Positions 30,678 through 39,933 of a stretch of DNA of 64,000 bases are shown piece by piece (positions within the stretch are counted from its first letter, which is position 1; every line of letters begins with the position of its first letter). A program made the position numbers and the translations under genes. Location of the stretch: NCBI GenBank assembly GCA_017409025.1, contig JAFQTN010000002.1:43967-107966 (forward strand), read 5' to 3'. The notes below the pieces were generated by a model, which was not told the DNA's origin, searched no databases, and was given only the letters and a program-made list of their open reading frames with translations. This DNA comes from Bacilli bacterium. GTDB lineage: Bacteria > Bacillota_I > Bacilli_A > RF39 > UBA660.

Positions 30678-31109
30678 ATGAGAAATAAATTATATAATAT
30701 GCTAATAGAGAATTATATTCTACACTTAGTTGTAGGAGAAGATATTCCTAAAAATGCACCAAAAGAATTTCATATAGTTAAATTGTATGCACGTGATAAA
30801 GAAGGTAATTTAAATCTTTATACTGAAATTTCTTTGCCATATTTAATTAATCATTCAGAATTTTTAGATATTAAAGATGATCCAAGATATTTCTTTAAAG
30901 AAGGCTATAACCCACAAACAAAAGGATGTAAATATATATGTGAAATAAAACATTTAGGAACTCTGAAAGATGTTTATCGAATTCTTAATGGTCAATCAAT
31001 AAAGATTAGAGATATAGAACCATTATGCGAATTAGAAAATAATGGAAAAAGACATACATTAACAAAGAAATCAAAAGAACAAATACATAAAATAAAAACG
31101 GAAAACTAA
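30678..31109 (+). CDS. Hypothetical protein
   Basis: 143 aa with no recognised motif. RBS CAGGAGG upstream. Confidence 0.45.
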   Translation: MRNKLYNMLIENYILHLVVGEDIPKNAPKEFHIVKLYARDKEGNLNLYTEISLPYLINHSEFLDIKDDPRYFFKEGYNPQTKGCKYICEIKHLGTLKDVYRILNGQSIKIRDIEPLCELENNGKRHTLTKKSKEQIHKIKTEN

Positions 31110-31244
31110 AAAATAATATATTAATTTACTGTTTTCAATGTAAATTAATAGAAATAAAACAATAACATATACAAATCGTGATTATTGTGATATACTTAAA
31201 TAAATTAGTAATCATTAAATTTGAAAGGAAAATAAATAATTGAA

Positions 31245-31862
31245 CAAAACTTATTAGAAAAATTTATAAATAAATTTGTTAATGATGTAATTTTAGAAGA
31301 AGGCCACCCAAATTCACACATATATGAATACTTTAAACAAATAATTAGAGAACCTGAATACGAATGGCTTCGTGATATATATATGCAAAAAAAAGAAGCA
31401 ATTAAAAAAATTGACACAAACAATCCAAATTTTTTAAAAGTTCAAAGAGAACTTGATGAAAAATATTGGTTTGACCCATCAGCTTATTCATATGCAATTA
31501 AAGAATATAAATTAAAAATTATTGAGTTAATAAAAATAACAGAACAAGAATTGTTAGAACAAATTGTAAATAAAATTGTTGATGATGTAATTTTAGGTGA
31601 AGGGCATACAAATGCACATGCATATGAATACTTTAAACAAATAATTAGAGAACCTGAATACGAATGACTTCGTGATATATATATGCAAAAAAAAGAAGCA
31701 ATTAAAAATTTTGATGAAAACGATCCAGAATTCTTAAAAGCTCAAAAAGATTTTTATGAAAAAATGGGATTTGATTATAGTGCTTATTCATATGCAATTA
31801 CAGAATACAAATTAAAAAGAACAAAAAGTTCAATATATACCCCAAAAAAGAAAAAGAGATAA
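31245..31862 (+). pseudogene. Repeat-containing gene, probably disrupted. It holds two 300-bp tandem copies that each encode a ~100-aa unit, has an in-frame TGA at ~31666 where copy 1 has TGG (Trp), and has no canonical start codon upstream of copy 1.
   Basis: Copy 1 encodes ...EEGHPNSHIYEYFKQIIREPEYEWLRDIYMQKKEAIKKIDTNNPNFLKVQRELDEKYWFDPSAYSYAIKEYKLKI... Copy 2 encodes ...GEGHTNAHAYEYFKQIIREPEYE*LRDIYMQKKEAIKNFDENDPEFLKAQKDFYEKMGFDYSAYSYAITEYKLKRTKSSIYTPKKKKR*. The first ~130 nt of each copy are nearly identical. Confidence 0.45.
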
Positions 31863-31901
31863 AAAATATTAAAAGACTTGATACTATAAATCAAGTCTTT
31901 T

Positions 31902-33383
31902 TTAATGAGTTTCAGATCTAACTTGTTTTGGACACTTATTAGTTTTTTTATATACCCTATCTCTATCAACTAAAACTAATGGATATTCTTTAAACCAATC
32001 AGGAGGATTTAAATTACCAGAATCTAAATAACTATCTAAAAGCCTACAATTATCCCCACAAGGACCATCCATTAATGTATCAGTAGTATAATACCCTAAC
32101 CTATCTAATTCATCCCTATATGATGATAATACTGAACTTGGAACACCTTTAGCATCTCTTGACAAATATCTTTGCACTTCTATTCCAGAAGTAACTATAC
32201 CATCTTTATTCCTAATAAATACTTCTTCTAAATTAGGCAAAATCAAATATAAATCAGGACATATTATATCCTCATATGACCATTTTTTACTAACTAATTT
32301 AAATATATAATCTCCTATACGATAACATGATGCCGTAGAACCACATTCAATATATTTATAACTAGTATCCTTACTTAATGACAAATATTTATCAACATAT
32401 TCTTCTAAAATTCTAACTAAACCAGAATGTTCTAAATTCCAATAATCAGTATTAATAGTTCCTCTTCTCATAAAATATGATAATCGTTTTTCATATCTAT
32501 CTAACAATTCTTTTGAAACTTTAGAAGAATAATTATTTAATATCTTTAAACGATAATTAGTCGAAGTTAAAAACAACCTATCAGAATCCTTACTAAATTC
32601 TTCTATCCCTTTATGATTAGTAATATAACGATAACTAAAATTAGCCACAAGTTCTGTCTTAGGGCTTAATAAATGAAATGCAAGACGATTATATTTATAA
32701 TTATTTAAAATAAATTGTTTAAATTTTTCCCATATAAAGTAATCTATATCTCTATCAAAATAAATATATGCTAATTCACTAACATCATTTACATCCATAT
32801 ATTCCTTAATAAAAGATAACTGTTCATTTTCTTGAAATGTTTCACTAGTTAAATACTTTGTAATATCATCATAAAATAAATTTATTTTATCAGAATGATG
32901 CAAAATTAAATACTTCATAAATAAATATCTTATATGTAAATTATCATGTAAAGATAATTGTTTTAACAATTCTAAACATTCATCTATTTTCTGAAACATT
33001 AAACTATATATAAAATCTAAATCATTTATATATTTATCAACAATTTCATCAAAATGTTCTTTTAAATAAACTAAACCTAAACTACTATTATTTAAAAAAG
33101 ATTCAAATAATTCTCTAGAAAAAGAATCTAATTTATAATATTTACCAAGTATATATTTCACATCATCAACGAATTCATCCATATCATATATAATTTGAAA
33201 GCAAAATCTTGGTTGAGCATCTCTTAATTTAGATAAAAAGCCATTAACTATATTAACTCTTCTATCACTTTCTCTAACATATTTTATTAAATTTCTATAA
33301 TCATATGGCGTTAAATTATAGACAAAATCAACATTTCCTTTTTCTAGATATTCTAAAGTATTAAATGCCATAATATCCCTCAC
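31902..33383 (-). CDS. Hypothetical protein. The likely start is MAFNTLEYL at 33368.
   Basis: 493 aa with no recognised domain. The C-terminal part is Cys/Asp-rich (DGPCGDNCRLLDSYLDSGNLNPPDW). Confidence 0.45.
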   Translation of the reverse strand: MRDIMAFNTLEYLEKGNVDFVYNLTPYDYRNLIKYVRESDRRVNIVNGFLSKLRDAQPRFCFQIIYDMDEFVDDVKYILGKYYKLDSFSRELFESFLNNSSLGLVYLKEHFDEIVDKYINDLDFIYSLMFQKIDECLELLKQLSLHDNLHIRYLFMKYLILHHSDKINLFYDDITKYLTSETFQENEQLSFIKEYMDVNDVSELAYIYFDRDIDYFIWEKFKQFILNNYKYNRLAFHLLSPKTELVANFSYRYITNHKGIEEFSKDSDRLFLTSTNYRLKILNNYSSKVSKELLDRYEKRLSYFMRRGTINTDYWNLEHSGLVRILEEYVDKYLSLSKDTSYKYIECGSTASCYRIGDYIFKLVSKKWSYEDIICPDLYLILPNLEEVFIRNKDGIVTSGIEVQRYLSRDAKGVPSSVLSSYRDELDRLGYYTTDTLMDGPCGDNCRLLDSYLDSGNLNPPDWFKEYPLVLVDRDRVYKKTNKCPKQVRSETH

Positions 33384-33485
33384 TTGACGTTTTATTATAA
33401 ATTAATAGTTTAAAAAAGTAAATATTTAGTTTTTTATTCAAATTACTTCATACAAAAAAACAAGTTTAATAACTTGTTCCTTCAT

Positions 33486-34490
33486 TTATTCCGGTTTTGT
33501 TTTCTTTCTTACCGGAATTCTTCCAAGTCTTTCTATTTCTTTGTTATACTCATCAGTAGCTATATTACACATAATAACAATATCAGATAATTCTTTTGCT
33601 CTTGCAAAAAATCTTCCATTATGGCAAAATGTTGCCGTTTTCACTCCAGATATAATAGGCAAATCTGTTGTTTCCCCAGCCCAACTCTTAGGAAGCGGAA
33701 CTCTTTGAGAAAAACTATCTTCTATACTTGGTGGAACACATTGAAGTGCATAACCACCTGAAGGATATTCAAATACCACAAAATTAATTGGAGTATCTTC
33801 ATTTTTATTATTATAATCAATTATACTTTCTAACCAAGGCATTGTTTGTGAATTTATAAATAATACATCTCTTCGACGATATATAGATGAATTTAATCTA
33901 CTTTCAATTTCAATTCTAGCTAATTCATTAGAAATATATCCTTTTATAATTCTACTTAAGATTTCTGAAGTAATATTTACGCAGTCTTCAAAATTTTTGT
34001 CTACATTCGCAGATGAATCATGCCATTCAGGTAAAAATTGCTTAATAAACTGAAATTGATGAACGACCTGATTTTGACCATTATCTTCCTTATCAATATT
34101 TTGAATTATGTCATTATCTATCATGTTAAATATTTTATCTACAGATTTAATACTTAAACTATCCTTTGCCAATATATTTATAAGATTTATTCCAGCATCT
34201 CTCCATACTAAACCAGCCGATGCATATTTAACACCATTTTTTCTTTGACCATTACCACCCTTTTGATGATGATCATATTCACCACCGCCAATATCTATCA
34301 TAATATCCGTATTATAATATAACAAATCCAAATCTCTCGATCTAATAACTTCAATATCATTTATCCCATCATTTATAATATTTATAATAGAAATAGCAAT
34401 AACCTCATCTGCATGAAATATACCATTATGAGTTCCCAAACATATACTGTTTTCACCTGCTAAACTTAAATCACTAATTACTTTTATCAC
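33486..34490 (-). CDS. UPF0160/MYG1-family metal-dependent hydrolase
   Basis: 334 aa. N-terminal CLGTHNGIFHADEV and DIGGGEYDHHQKGG match the conserved His/Asp metal-binding blocks of the MYG1 (HD-like) family. Confidence 0.7.
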   Translation of the reverse strand: MIKVISDLSLAGENSICLGTHNGIFHADEVIAISIINIINDGINDIEVIRSRDLDLLYYNTDIMIDIGGGEYDHHQKGGNGQRKNGVKYASAGLVWRDAGINLINILAKDSLSIKSVDKIFNMIDNDIIQNIDKEDNGQNQVVHQFQFIKQFLPEWHDSSANVDKNFEDCVNITSEILSRIIKGYISNELARIEIESRLNSSIYRRRDVLFINSQTMPWLESIIDYNNKNEDTPINFVVFEYPSGGYALQCVPPSIEDSFSQRVPLPKSWAGETTDLPIISGVKTATFCHNGRFFARAKELSDIVIMCNIATDEYNKEIERLGRIPVRKKTKPE

Positions 34491-34586
34491 AATATCACCT
34501 CTTTGACTAAATATAATACATCATATTTATAATAATTACAATTAAAATTGCAAATCAAATAAAAAAGATGTATAATCTATAGACAG

Positions 34587-35612
34587 GTGATATTTATGGC
34601 CAAATATTTAGATTTAAGAACTCAATATAACAAAAATGATTTAATTGAAGCTGCAGAATTTATTAAAAATGGAAAATTAGTTTTATTCCCTACTGAAACA
34701 GTATATGGAATTGGTGCTAATGGATTAGATAGTAATGCAGTAAAAAGTATCTTCGTAGCAAAAAATCGTGCCGGAGATAATCCCCTTATCTTGCATGTTT
34801 CTAGTATAGATATGGTTGATACTATTGCAAAAGATATTTCTCCATTAGAAAAAAAATTAATGAACGATTTCTTTCCAGGACCTCTTACTATCATCTTAAA
34901 AAGAAAAGATATTGTGCCAAATGTTGTAACAGCAAATCTAGATACTGTTGGAGTTCGTATGCCATCAAATAAAATAGCGAGAGATTTAATAGAACTATCA
35001 AATACTCCGATTGCCGCTCCTAGTGCTAACATATCAGGAAGACCTAGTGGAACTAATATACAAGATATTTTTAATGAACTAAATGATAAAGTAGATTATA
35101 TCTTAGATGGAGGAGAAACTAAAATAGGATTAGAATCTACAGTTATAAGAGTTATCAATGATAAAATTCATATACTACGACCTGGAAAAATTACATATGA
35201 AGATTTATCAAAATATGCCGAAGTCATAATAGATGAACATATTCTTGGTTCACTAAAAGAAAACGACAAAATTTTATCACCAGGAATGAAATATAAACAC
35301 TATGCTCCAAATACAAAATGTATGCTTATATATAGTGACGATAAAGAAAAATTACTTGAAGAAATGAAAAAATTAGAAAATGAAAATACATTAATTATTA
35401 CAAATAACAATAATGTTAACTTATTTCAAAACGCAATTGGATATGGAACATCTTTAGAAGAAATTTCACATAATATTTTCAAATTGTTAAGACAAATAGA
35501 TAAACATAATAAAGAATTAATAATCATAGAAGGTGTAAAACCTGAAGGATTAGGATTAGCTATTATGAATAGATTAATAAGAGCTTGTTCACATAATTAT
35601 ATAAAATTATAA
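34587..35612 (+). CDS. tsaC: L-threonylcarbamoyladenylate synthase (Sua5/YwlC type, with a C-terminal Sua5 domain)
   Basis: 341 aa. YrdC-domain blocks LVLFPTETVYGIGANGLD, KNRAGDNPLILHVSS and SANISGRPSGT, plus a ~130-aa C-terminal extension. Confidence 0.85.
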   Translation: MIFMAKYLDLRTQYNKNDLIEAAEFIKNGKLVLFPTETVYGIGANGLDSNAVKSIFVAKNRAGDNPLILHVSSIDMVDTIAKDISPLEKKLMNDFFPGPLTIILKRKDIVPNVVTANLDTVGVRMPSNKIARDLIELSNTPIAAPSANISGRPSGTNIQDIFNELNDKVDYILDGGETKIGLESTVIRVINDKIHILRPGKITYEDLSKYAEVIIDEHILGSLKENDKILSPGMKYKHYAPNTKCMLIYSDDKEKLLEEMKKLENENTLIITNNNNVNLFQNAIGYGTSLEEISHNIFKLLRQIDKHNKELIIIEGVKPEGLGLAIMNRLIRACSHNYIKL

Positions 35613-35636
35613 CAAGTTCTTTTAATTTATAGTATA

Positions 35637-36134
35637 ATGATTAAGGAGGTAATTATGGCTAATAACAAAGACTTATCAGTAATGATAAATAATGTTAAAC
35701 TAAACGTAAGAGTTGGCGCAATAATCAAATACCAAAACAAAATTCTAGTAGAAAGAAACAAAAATGTTGATTTTTCAGTTGTTCCAGGAGGCAGAGTACA
35801 AACACTAGAAACTTCAAAGGAAGCACTACTAAGAGAATTACAAGAGGAATTAGGAATAGACCTAAGTAAAGAAAATTTAGAACTTGCATCACTAATAGAA
35901 AATTACTTTACTTTTGATGACAAAAAATACCACGAATTATATTTTGTATACAAAGTAGAGTTAAAACAAGATTATAACCTAAGTAATGGAATTGAAAATC
36001 TAGATAATAGTAATTCTAGTTATTATTTTCTAAACTCTGAAGAACTAGAAAAAGAAAAAATGTTACCAGATGTTATAAAGCAAATTGATAAAGAAAAAGA
36101 ATTTAAACACTATGTAATTAACGACATAAACTAA
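35637..36134 (+). CDS. NUDIX hydrolase
   Basis: 165 aa. Nudix box GGRVQTLETSKEALLRELQEELGI (GX5EX7REUXEEXGU). Confidence 0.75.
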   Translation: MIKEVIMANNKDLSVMINNVKLNVRVGAIIKYQNKILVERNKNVDFSVVPGGRVQTLETSKEALLRELQEELGIDLSKENLELASLIENYFTFDDKKYHELYFVYKVELKQDYNLSNGIENLDNSNSSYYFLNSEELEKEKMLPDVIKQIDKEKEFKHYVINDIN

Positions 36135-36140
36135 TTAATT

Positions 36141-36170
36141 CAAGAGTTATTCAAAGCTCTTGTTTTTTTA
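36141..36170 (+). terminator. Rho-independent terminator after the NUDIX gene
   Basis: CAAGAGTT-attcaa-AGCTCTTG followed by TTTTTTTAT. Confidence 0.6.
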
Positions 36171-36177
36171 TAAAAAA

Positions 36178-36240
36178 AACTTTACGTTATAGGGCACTTT
36201 GTGTTATAATACCAATTAACCAAAAAAGGGGGAAAAATAT
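36178..36240 (+). promoter_or_regulatory. Promoter and leader cassette, copy A. It has an extended -10 TGTTATAAT, a -35-like TTTACG at 18-nt spacing, and an RBS AAGGGGGAAAAAT.
   Basis: ACTTTACGTTATAGGGCACTTTGTGTTATAATACCAATTAACCAAAAAAGGGGGAAAAAT. It matches copy B at 38266..38328 except for 2 positions. Confidence 0.55.
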
Positions 36241-36243
36241 TAT

Positions 36244-37923
36244 ATGGAAAATTTTATAGTAAAATTTAAAAAAGATTTAAAAGGATTTCAATCATCTCGT
36301 AAAAAAGTAATTAAAGAATGTGAGCGTGAATTATCAATATTAAACAAAATACTTAATAACGACATCTCTGTCCTTGAACACGCAGATGTTATTAATGTTG
36401 GTAATAGTTTATTTATGTCAGCAACAATTGCCAAAATAAAGCTACCTATCGCAACACTAGTAGACAAAAAGGCAAGAAAAAAAGACAAACAAAAAGCTAA
36501 AGAGGATTTAAAAGAAACATATGATAGCTTACTAAGCTTTACTGAATATTTAAAAACAGAATATTATACTACTCAAAATATTATTAACGCTTTTGAAAAC
36601 GATAAAATTAAAGATCCAATAAATAGTATTAATGTATTATTTAATCAAATATCTCTTACAACAATAACTTTAGAAGAAGCAGATAAAATTCTTGGTATGG
36701 CTATAGCATTTAATAGTAGATATGCAAAAAGAAATAAAAATCATCAAATTGAAAATATTGATGCAATCCATGAATTAGCAAGAGACTATTATAATGAAGA
36801 CGGATCATTTAAATATGTAGAGGATTTATTAACTTATGAAAGAAAAATAAATGAACTTATTAAAAATCAACTTGATATAATGGTATTTATTCATAAAATA
36901 TTATCATTTAATCAAATGTATACAGCAGAAGATTTAATAAACCTACGTTTCGAATATAATAAAAGATTTAGACATCAACAACCATTAGAAATTTTTAGTA
37001 CAACAGAAATGCCTTTAGAAGAAAATTATTCAATTCCTGAAAAAGTTAGAAAAGCATTACAAGAATTAAAAAAATATTATAAAAATGGTTCTATTATTAC
37101 TATCCCTAATGATTTAGAAAAATTCTACAAATTATTAGAAGAAACTAATTTAGATGAACAAGAAAAGAAATATATTATAAATTTAATTAATATTGAAATA
37201 TCTAAAAACAGAAACAAAATAATAGATAAATATTTATCTACTGAAGAAAAAGATGCATATAATAATGCAATTAAATTACTTAATAAATTTACATATTCTA
37301 ACGCTGATTCATATGCACTAAAACAATATATTGAAGAATTACAAACTATATTAGAATTTTTAGAAACAGAACAAGAAGAAGAAAACAAAGAATACTTGTT
37401 AAATGAAATAGCAACTATAATAGAACAATTAATTATAATATGTAATCGTTATAAAATAGATAATGGAAAATCTTCAAACAGATTAATATTCCTTACATCA
37501 AAAAATGGAATCCCATTTATTGAAGAAGATATAAAATCTCTTGATTCTACATATGAAAAAGCAATAATATCATTAATTAATAAAATTAGCCCTGAAAATC
37601 AATCACACTTTAGAAAAATATTAAATAATGAACCATTACCATATCATATGCATGAAGTTATATCACCAAGAGCCCATGTAGCATTTATAGAAATAGAAAC
37701 TGGTATTTATATCGTAATAGGTGCTAATATTCCAAGAAATGGATATAAAGAATTAATTAATAGATTGCTTGTTAATACAAAAGAAATTGAAAGAATTGAA
37801 AATCTTATTAAAAATCCTGATATGAAAAATCAATTATTAAGAGATAATGAACAATATTTAAAATTATCTGAAGAACAAAAAACAACACTAACTAAAAAGA
37901 AAACAAATGAGCAAAACACATAA
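36244..37923 (+). CDS. Hypothetical, predominantly alpha-helical protein expressed from cassette copy A
   Basis: 559 aa. The start is ATGGAA, the same as the gene downstream of copy B. No recognised catalytic motif. Confidence 0.5.
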   Translation: MENFIVKFKKDLKGFQSSRKKVIKECERELSILNKILNNDISVLEHADVINVGNSLFMSATIAKIKLPIATLVDKKARKKDKQKAKEDLKETYDSLLSFTEYLKTEYYTTQNIINAFENDKIKDPINSINVLFNQISLTTITLEEADKILGMAIAFNSRYAKRNKNHQIENIDAIHELARDYYNEDGSFKYVEDLLTYERKINELIKNQLDIMVFIHKILSFNQMYTAEDLINLRFEYNKRFRHQQPLEIFSTTEMPLEENYSIPEKVRKALQELKKYYKNGSIITIPNDLEKFYKLLEETNLDEQEKKYIINLINIEISKNRNKIIDKYLSTEEKDAYNNAIKLLNKFTYSNADSYALKQYIEELQTILEFLETEQEEENKEYLLNEIATIIEQLIIICNRYKIDNGKSSNRLIFLTSKNGIPFIEEDIKSLDSTYEKAIISLINKISPENQSHFRKILNNEPLPYHMHEVISPRAHVAFIEIETGIYIVIGANIPRNGYKELINRLLVNTKEIERIENLIKNPDMKNQLLRDNEQYLKLSEEQKTTLTKKKTNEQNT

Positions 37924-37941
37924 ATGAACTATGTGTTTTTT
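37914..37941. terminator. Bidirectional hairpin terminator between the convergent 36244(+) and XRE(-) genes
   Basis: AAACACATA-aatgaac-TATGTGTTT with an A-run on the left and a T-run on the right. Confidence 0.55.
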
Positions 37942-37942
37942 A

Positions 37943-38206
37943 TTATTTTATCAATTCTTTGTTTAAATCAGCTTCAAGAGGAATAAATAATTCTAAAACA
38001 TCAACATCCAAAGCTAATGCTATTTTCTGTATTGTATCAAGTGAAAACTGCTTGGTACAACCACTTTTAGTTTCTATTTTCTTTAAATAATCATAACTAA
38101 TCCCACTCATCAAAGAAAGCTTAACCTGTGTCCATCCTTTTAGTTTTCTTTGTTTTTTTATATTTTGAGCCACTATATAATATAAATTATTACCCATGTA
38201 AATCAA
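37943..38206 (-). CDS. XRE-family helix-turn-helix transcriptional regulator
   Basis: 87 aa. QRKLKGWTQVKLSLMSGISYDYLKKIETKS is a Cro/C1-type HTH. It is divergent from the gene at 38329. Confidence 0.75.
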   Translation of the reverse strand: MIYMGNNLYYIVAQNIKKQRKLKGWTQVKLSLMSGISYDYLKKIETKSGCTKQFSLDTIQKIALALDVDVLELFIPLEADLNKELIK

Positions 38207-38265
38207 ATCCTCTAATTTTTTTAAACAAATATCATATAATTATTCTCTCAAAAATATAAAAGAAA

Positions 38266-38328
38266 TACTTTACGTCATAGGGCACTTTATGTTATAATAC
38301 CAATTAACCAAAAAAGGGGGAAAAATTT
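38266..38328 (+). promoter_or_regulatory. Promoter and leader cassette, copy B (same elements as copy A)
   Basis: ACTTTACGTCATAGGGCACTTTATGTTATAATACCAATTAACCAAAAAAGGGGGAAAAAT, immediately upstream of ATGGAAG at 38329. Confidence 0.55.
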
Positions 38329-39357
38329 ATGGAAGTTTATGGATTTAATCTTGATGACTTTAAAATATTAGAAACATTATTACAAATATCTACTGAAATT
38401 AGTAATATTTATGATGAATTATGTGAATTAGAAATTAAAAATCAAAAAGACAGTAAAGAATACAGGGAATTATTAACTAAATTACACATATTAATTAAAA
38501 AAGAAAATATTGAATATCAAAAAAAGCAATTTACTTATGACGATTGCATGAAATACTTAAGATTGTTAGAATCAAAAACGTCTATTCCAGGAATGGATAA
38601 TAGAATTACTACTTCATTAAAACATTATGAAAACAGAATTATAAGAAGAATAATGATTAACATATTAAATATATTAGATAAAAACAAAGATTTTCATCAA
38701 AAAGTTATTGATAATGGATTAGCTAATGCAATTTCAAATATTATAGAAAACCTAAAAACTGAAGATCTTGTCAAAAGTGTAGGAAATTCTGCTCAGATTC
38801 AAACAGCATTAGATAATGATATACATAGTATGTTCCTATCTATTTTAGAAGAATCAATTTCATACAAAAATAATGAAAAATACAGAAATGAACTAATACA
38901 AGCAAAATATTGTATCCTATATACACATAAAAATATGGAATCAATGTTTATACATAGTAGTTTTAATATACCTGATGAAGTATATACTAGTTCTAAAATG
39001 ATTAATCAATTACTTAATCAAGCAGAAATGGCATATAGATTTATAAAATTTATGAAACTTAAATCTGAAGCTAGACAAGATATAAATGTTCTATTAACCC
39101 TTAACGATTCTGAATATGAAAAACATAATATTTTCTTTAGTTCTATCATAATTACTTGTCATATAAGAGCATTATTATCATTAATGGAAGACAGAGATGT
39201 AAATGACTTTAATCAAGAAATTCATGATATATTAGAAAGTCCAAAATACCTAGAAAAACATCAAAATGATAGAATCAGTGAAAGTATTGTAATCAATAGT
39301 TTTAAATATTTTAAAAACGATAAAGCTAAAGCACGCATTCTATCAACAAAAGGTTAA
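38329..39357 (+). CDS. Hypothetical alpha-helical protein expressed from cassette copy B
   Basis: 342 aa with no recognised motif. Confidence 0.5.
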   Translation: MEVYGFNLDDFKILETLLQISTEISNIYDELCELEIKNQKDSKEYRELLTKLHILIKKENIEYQKKQFTYDDCMKYLRLLESKTSIPGMDNRITTSLKHYENRIIRRIMINILNILDKNKDFHQKVIDNGLANAISNIIENLKTEDLVKSVGNSAQIQTALDNDIHSMFLSILEESISYKNNEKYRNELIQAKYCILYTHKNMESMFIHSSFNIPDEVYTSSKMINQLLNQAEMAYRFIKFMKLKSEARQDINVLLTLNDSEYEKHNIFFSSIIITCHIRALLSLMEDRDVNDFNQEIHDILESPKYLEKHQNDRISESIVINSFKYFKNDKAKARILSTKG

Positions 39358-39365
39358 AAACTTAT

Positions 39366-39404
39366 AAAAAAGAGATTTAATTTTAATAAATCTCTTTATT
39401 TTTA
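39366..39404. terminator. Bidirectional hairpin terminator
   Basis: AAAGAGATTTA-attttaa-TAAATCTCTTT followed by ATTTTTAT. It lies between the convergent genes at 38329(+) and 39383(-). Confidence 0.6.
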
Positions 39405-39844
39405 TCATCATATTCTTGAAACAATTCCAAACAAATATCATGAGCTTTTTGTTTAATATTTAATAATCCTACATTATGTCCGTTCAAAAAGTCATATATT
39501 TGTTGATCCCTAAAACCAATATTTTCTGCCTCAGATAAATCTGTCCCATAATATACTTCTTTAATATTTGACCAAATTATAGCTGATAAACACATAGGAC
39601 AAGGATATCCAGTAGCGTATAATTTACAACCAGATAAATCATGGGTTCCTAATTTTTCTCCTGCCTTTCGTAATGCATTAATTTCAGCATGAGCTGTAGG
39701 ATCATTACTACCAAGTACCGTATTAGAAGCAACAGCAATAACATTATCATCCTCGTCTAATATAACAGCACCAAATGGCCCACCTAAATTTTGATTCATT
39801 GTACGTCTTGCTTCCTCAACTCCCAATTTCATCATTTTTACCAC
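39383..39844 (-). CDS. Zinc-dependent nucleoside/nucleotide deaminase (CDA-fold; TadA/guanine-deaminase-like)
   Basis: 153 aa. HAEINALRKAG...(H-A-E zinc and catalytic Glu) and PCPMCLSAII (PCxxC zinc ligands). Confidence 0.75.
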   Translation of the reverse strand: MVKMMKLGVEEARRTMNQNLGGPFGAVILDEDDNVIAVASNTVLGSNDPTAHAEINALRKAGEKLGTHDLSGCKLYATGYPCPMCLSAIIWSNIKEVYYGTDLSEAENIGFRDQQIYDFLNGHNVGLLNIKQKAHDICLELFQEYDDKNKEIY

Positions 39845-39933
39845 CTCTATTTAATTCAATTATAAAAAAAAATACAAGAAAAGTAAATTATTACCCCACT
39901 TGTAAATTTTATTTAACACTATTTTTACTTAAT

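Noticed and set aside
31660-31670. Possibility that TGA encodes Trp (translation table 4, Mollicutes-like), given the extreme AT content and the TGG-to-TGA correspondence between the repeat copies
   Set aside because: The window encodes RF2 (prfB) with its UGA-dependent CTT-TGA-C autoregulatory frameshift, plus sporulation and germination genes. All other ORFs end cleanly at TGA, TAA or TAG without needing read-through. UGA is therefore a stop here.
31902-33383. Protein-kinase-like reading of the 493-aa protein (glycine-rich CGSTASCYRIGDYIFKLV followed by LVLVDRDRV)
   Set aside because: The putative HRD-like segment is at the extreme C-terminus, with no DFG or APE region and the wrong spacing. 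The resemblance is most likely coincidental.
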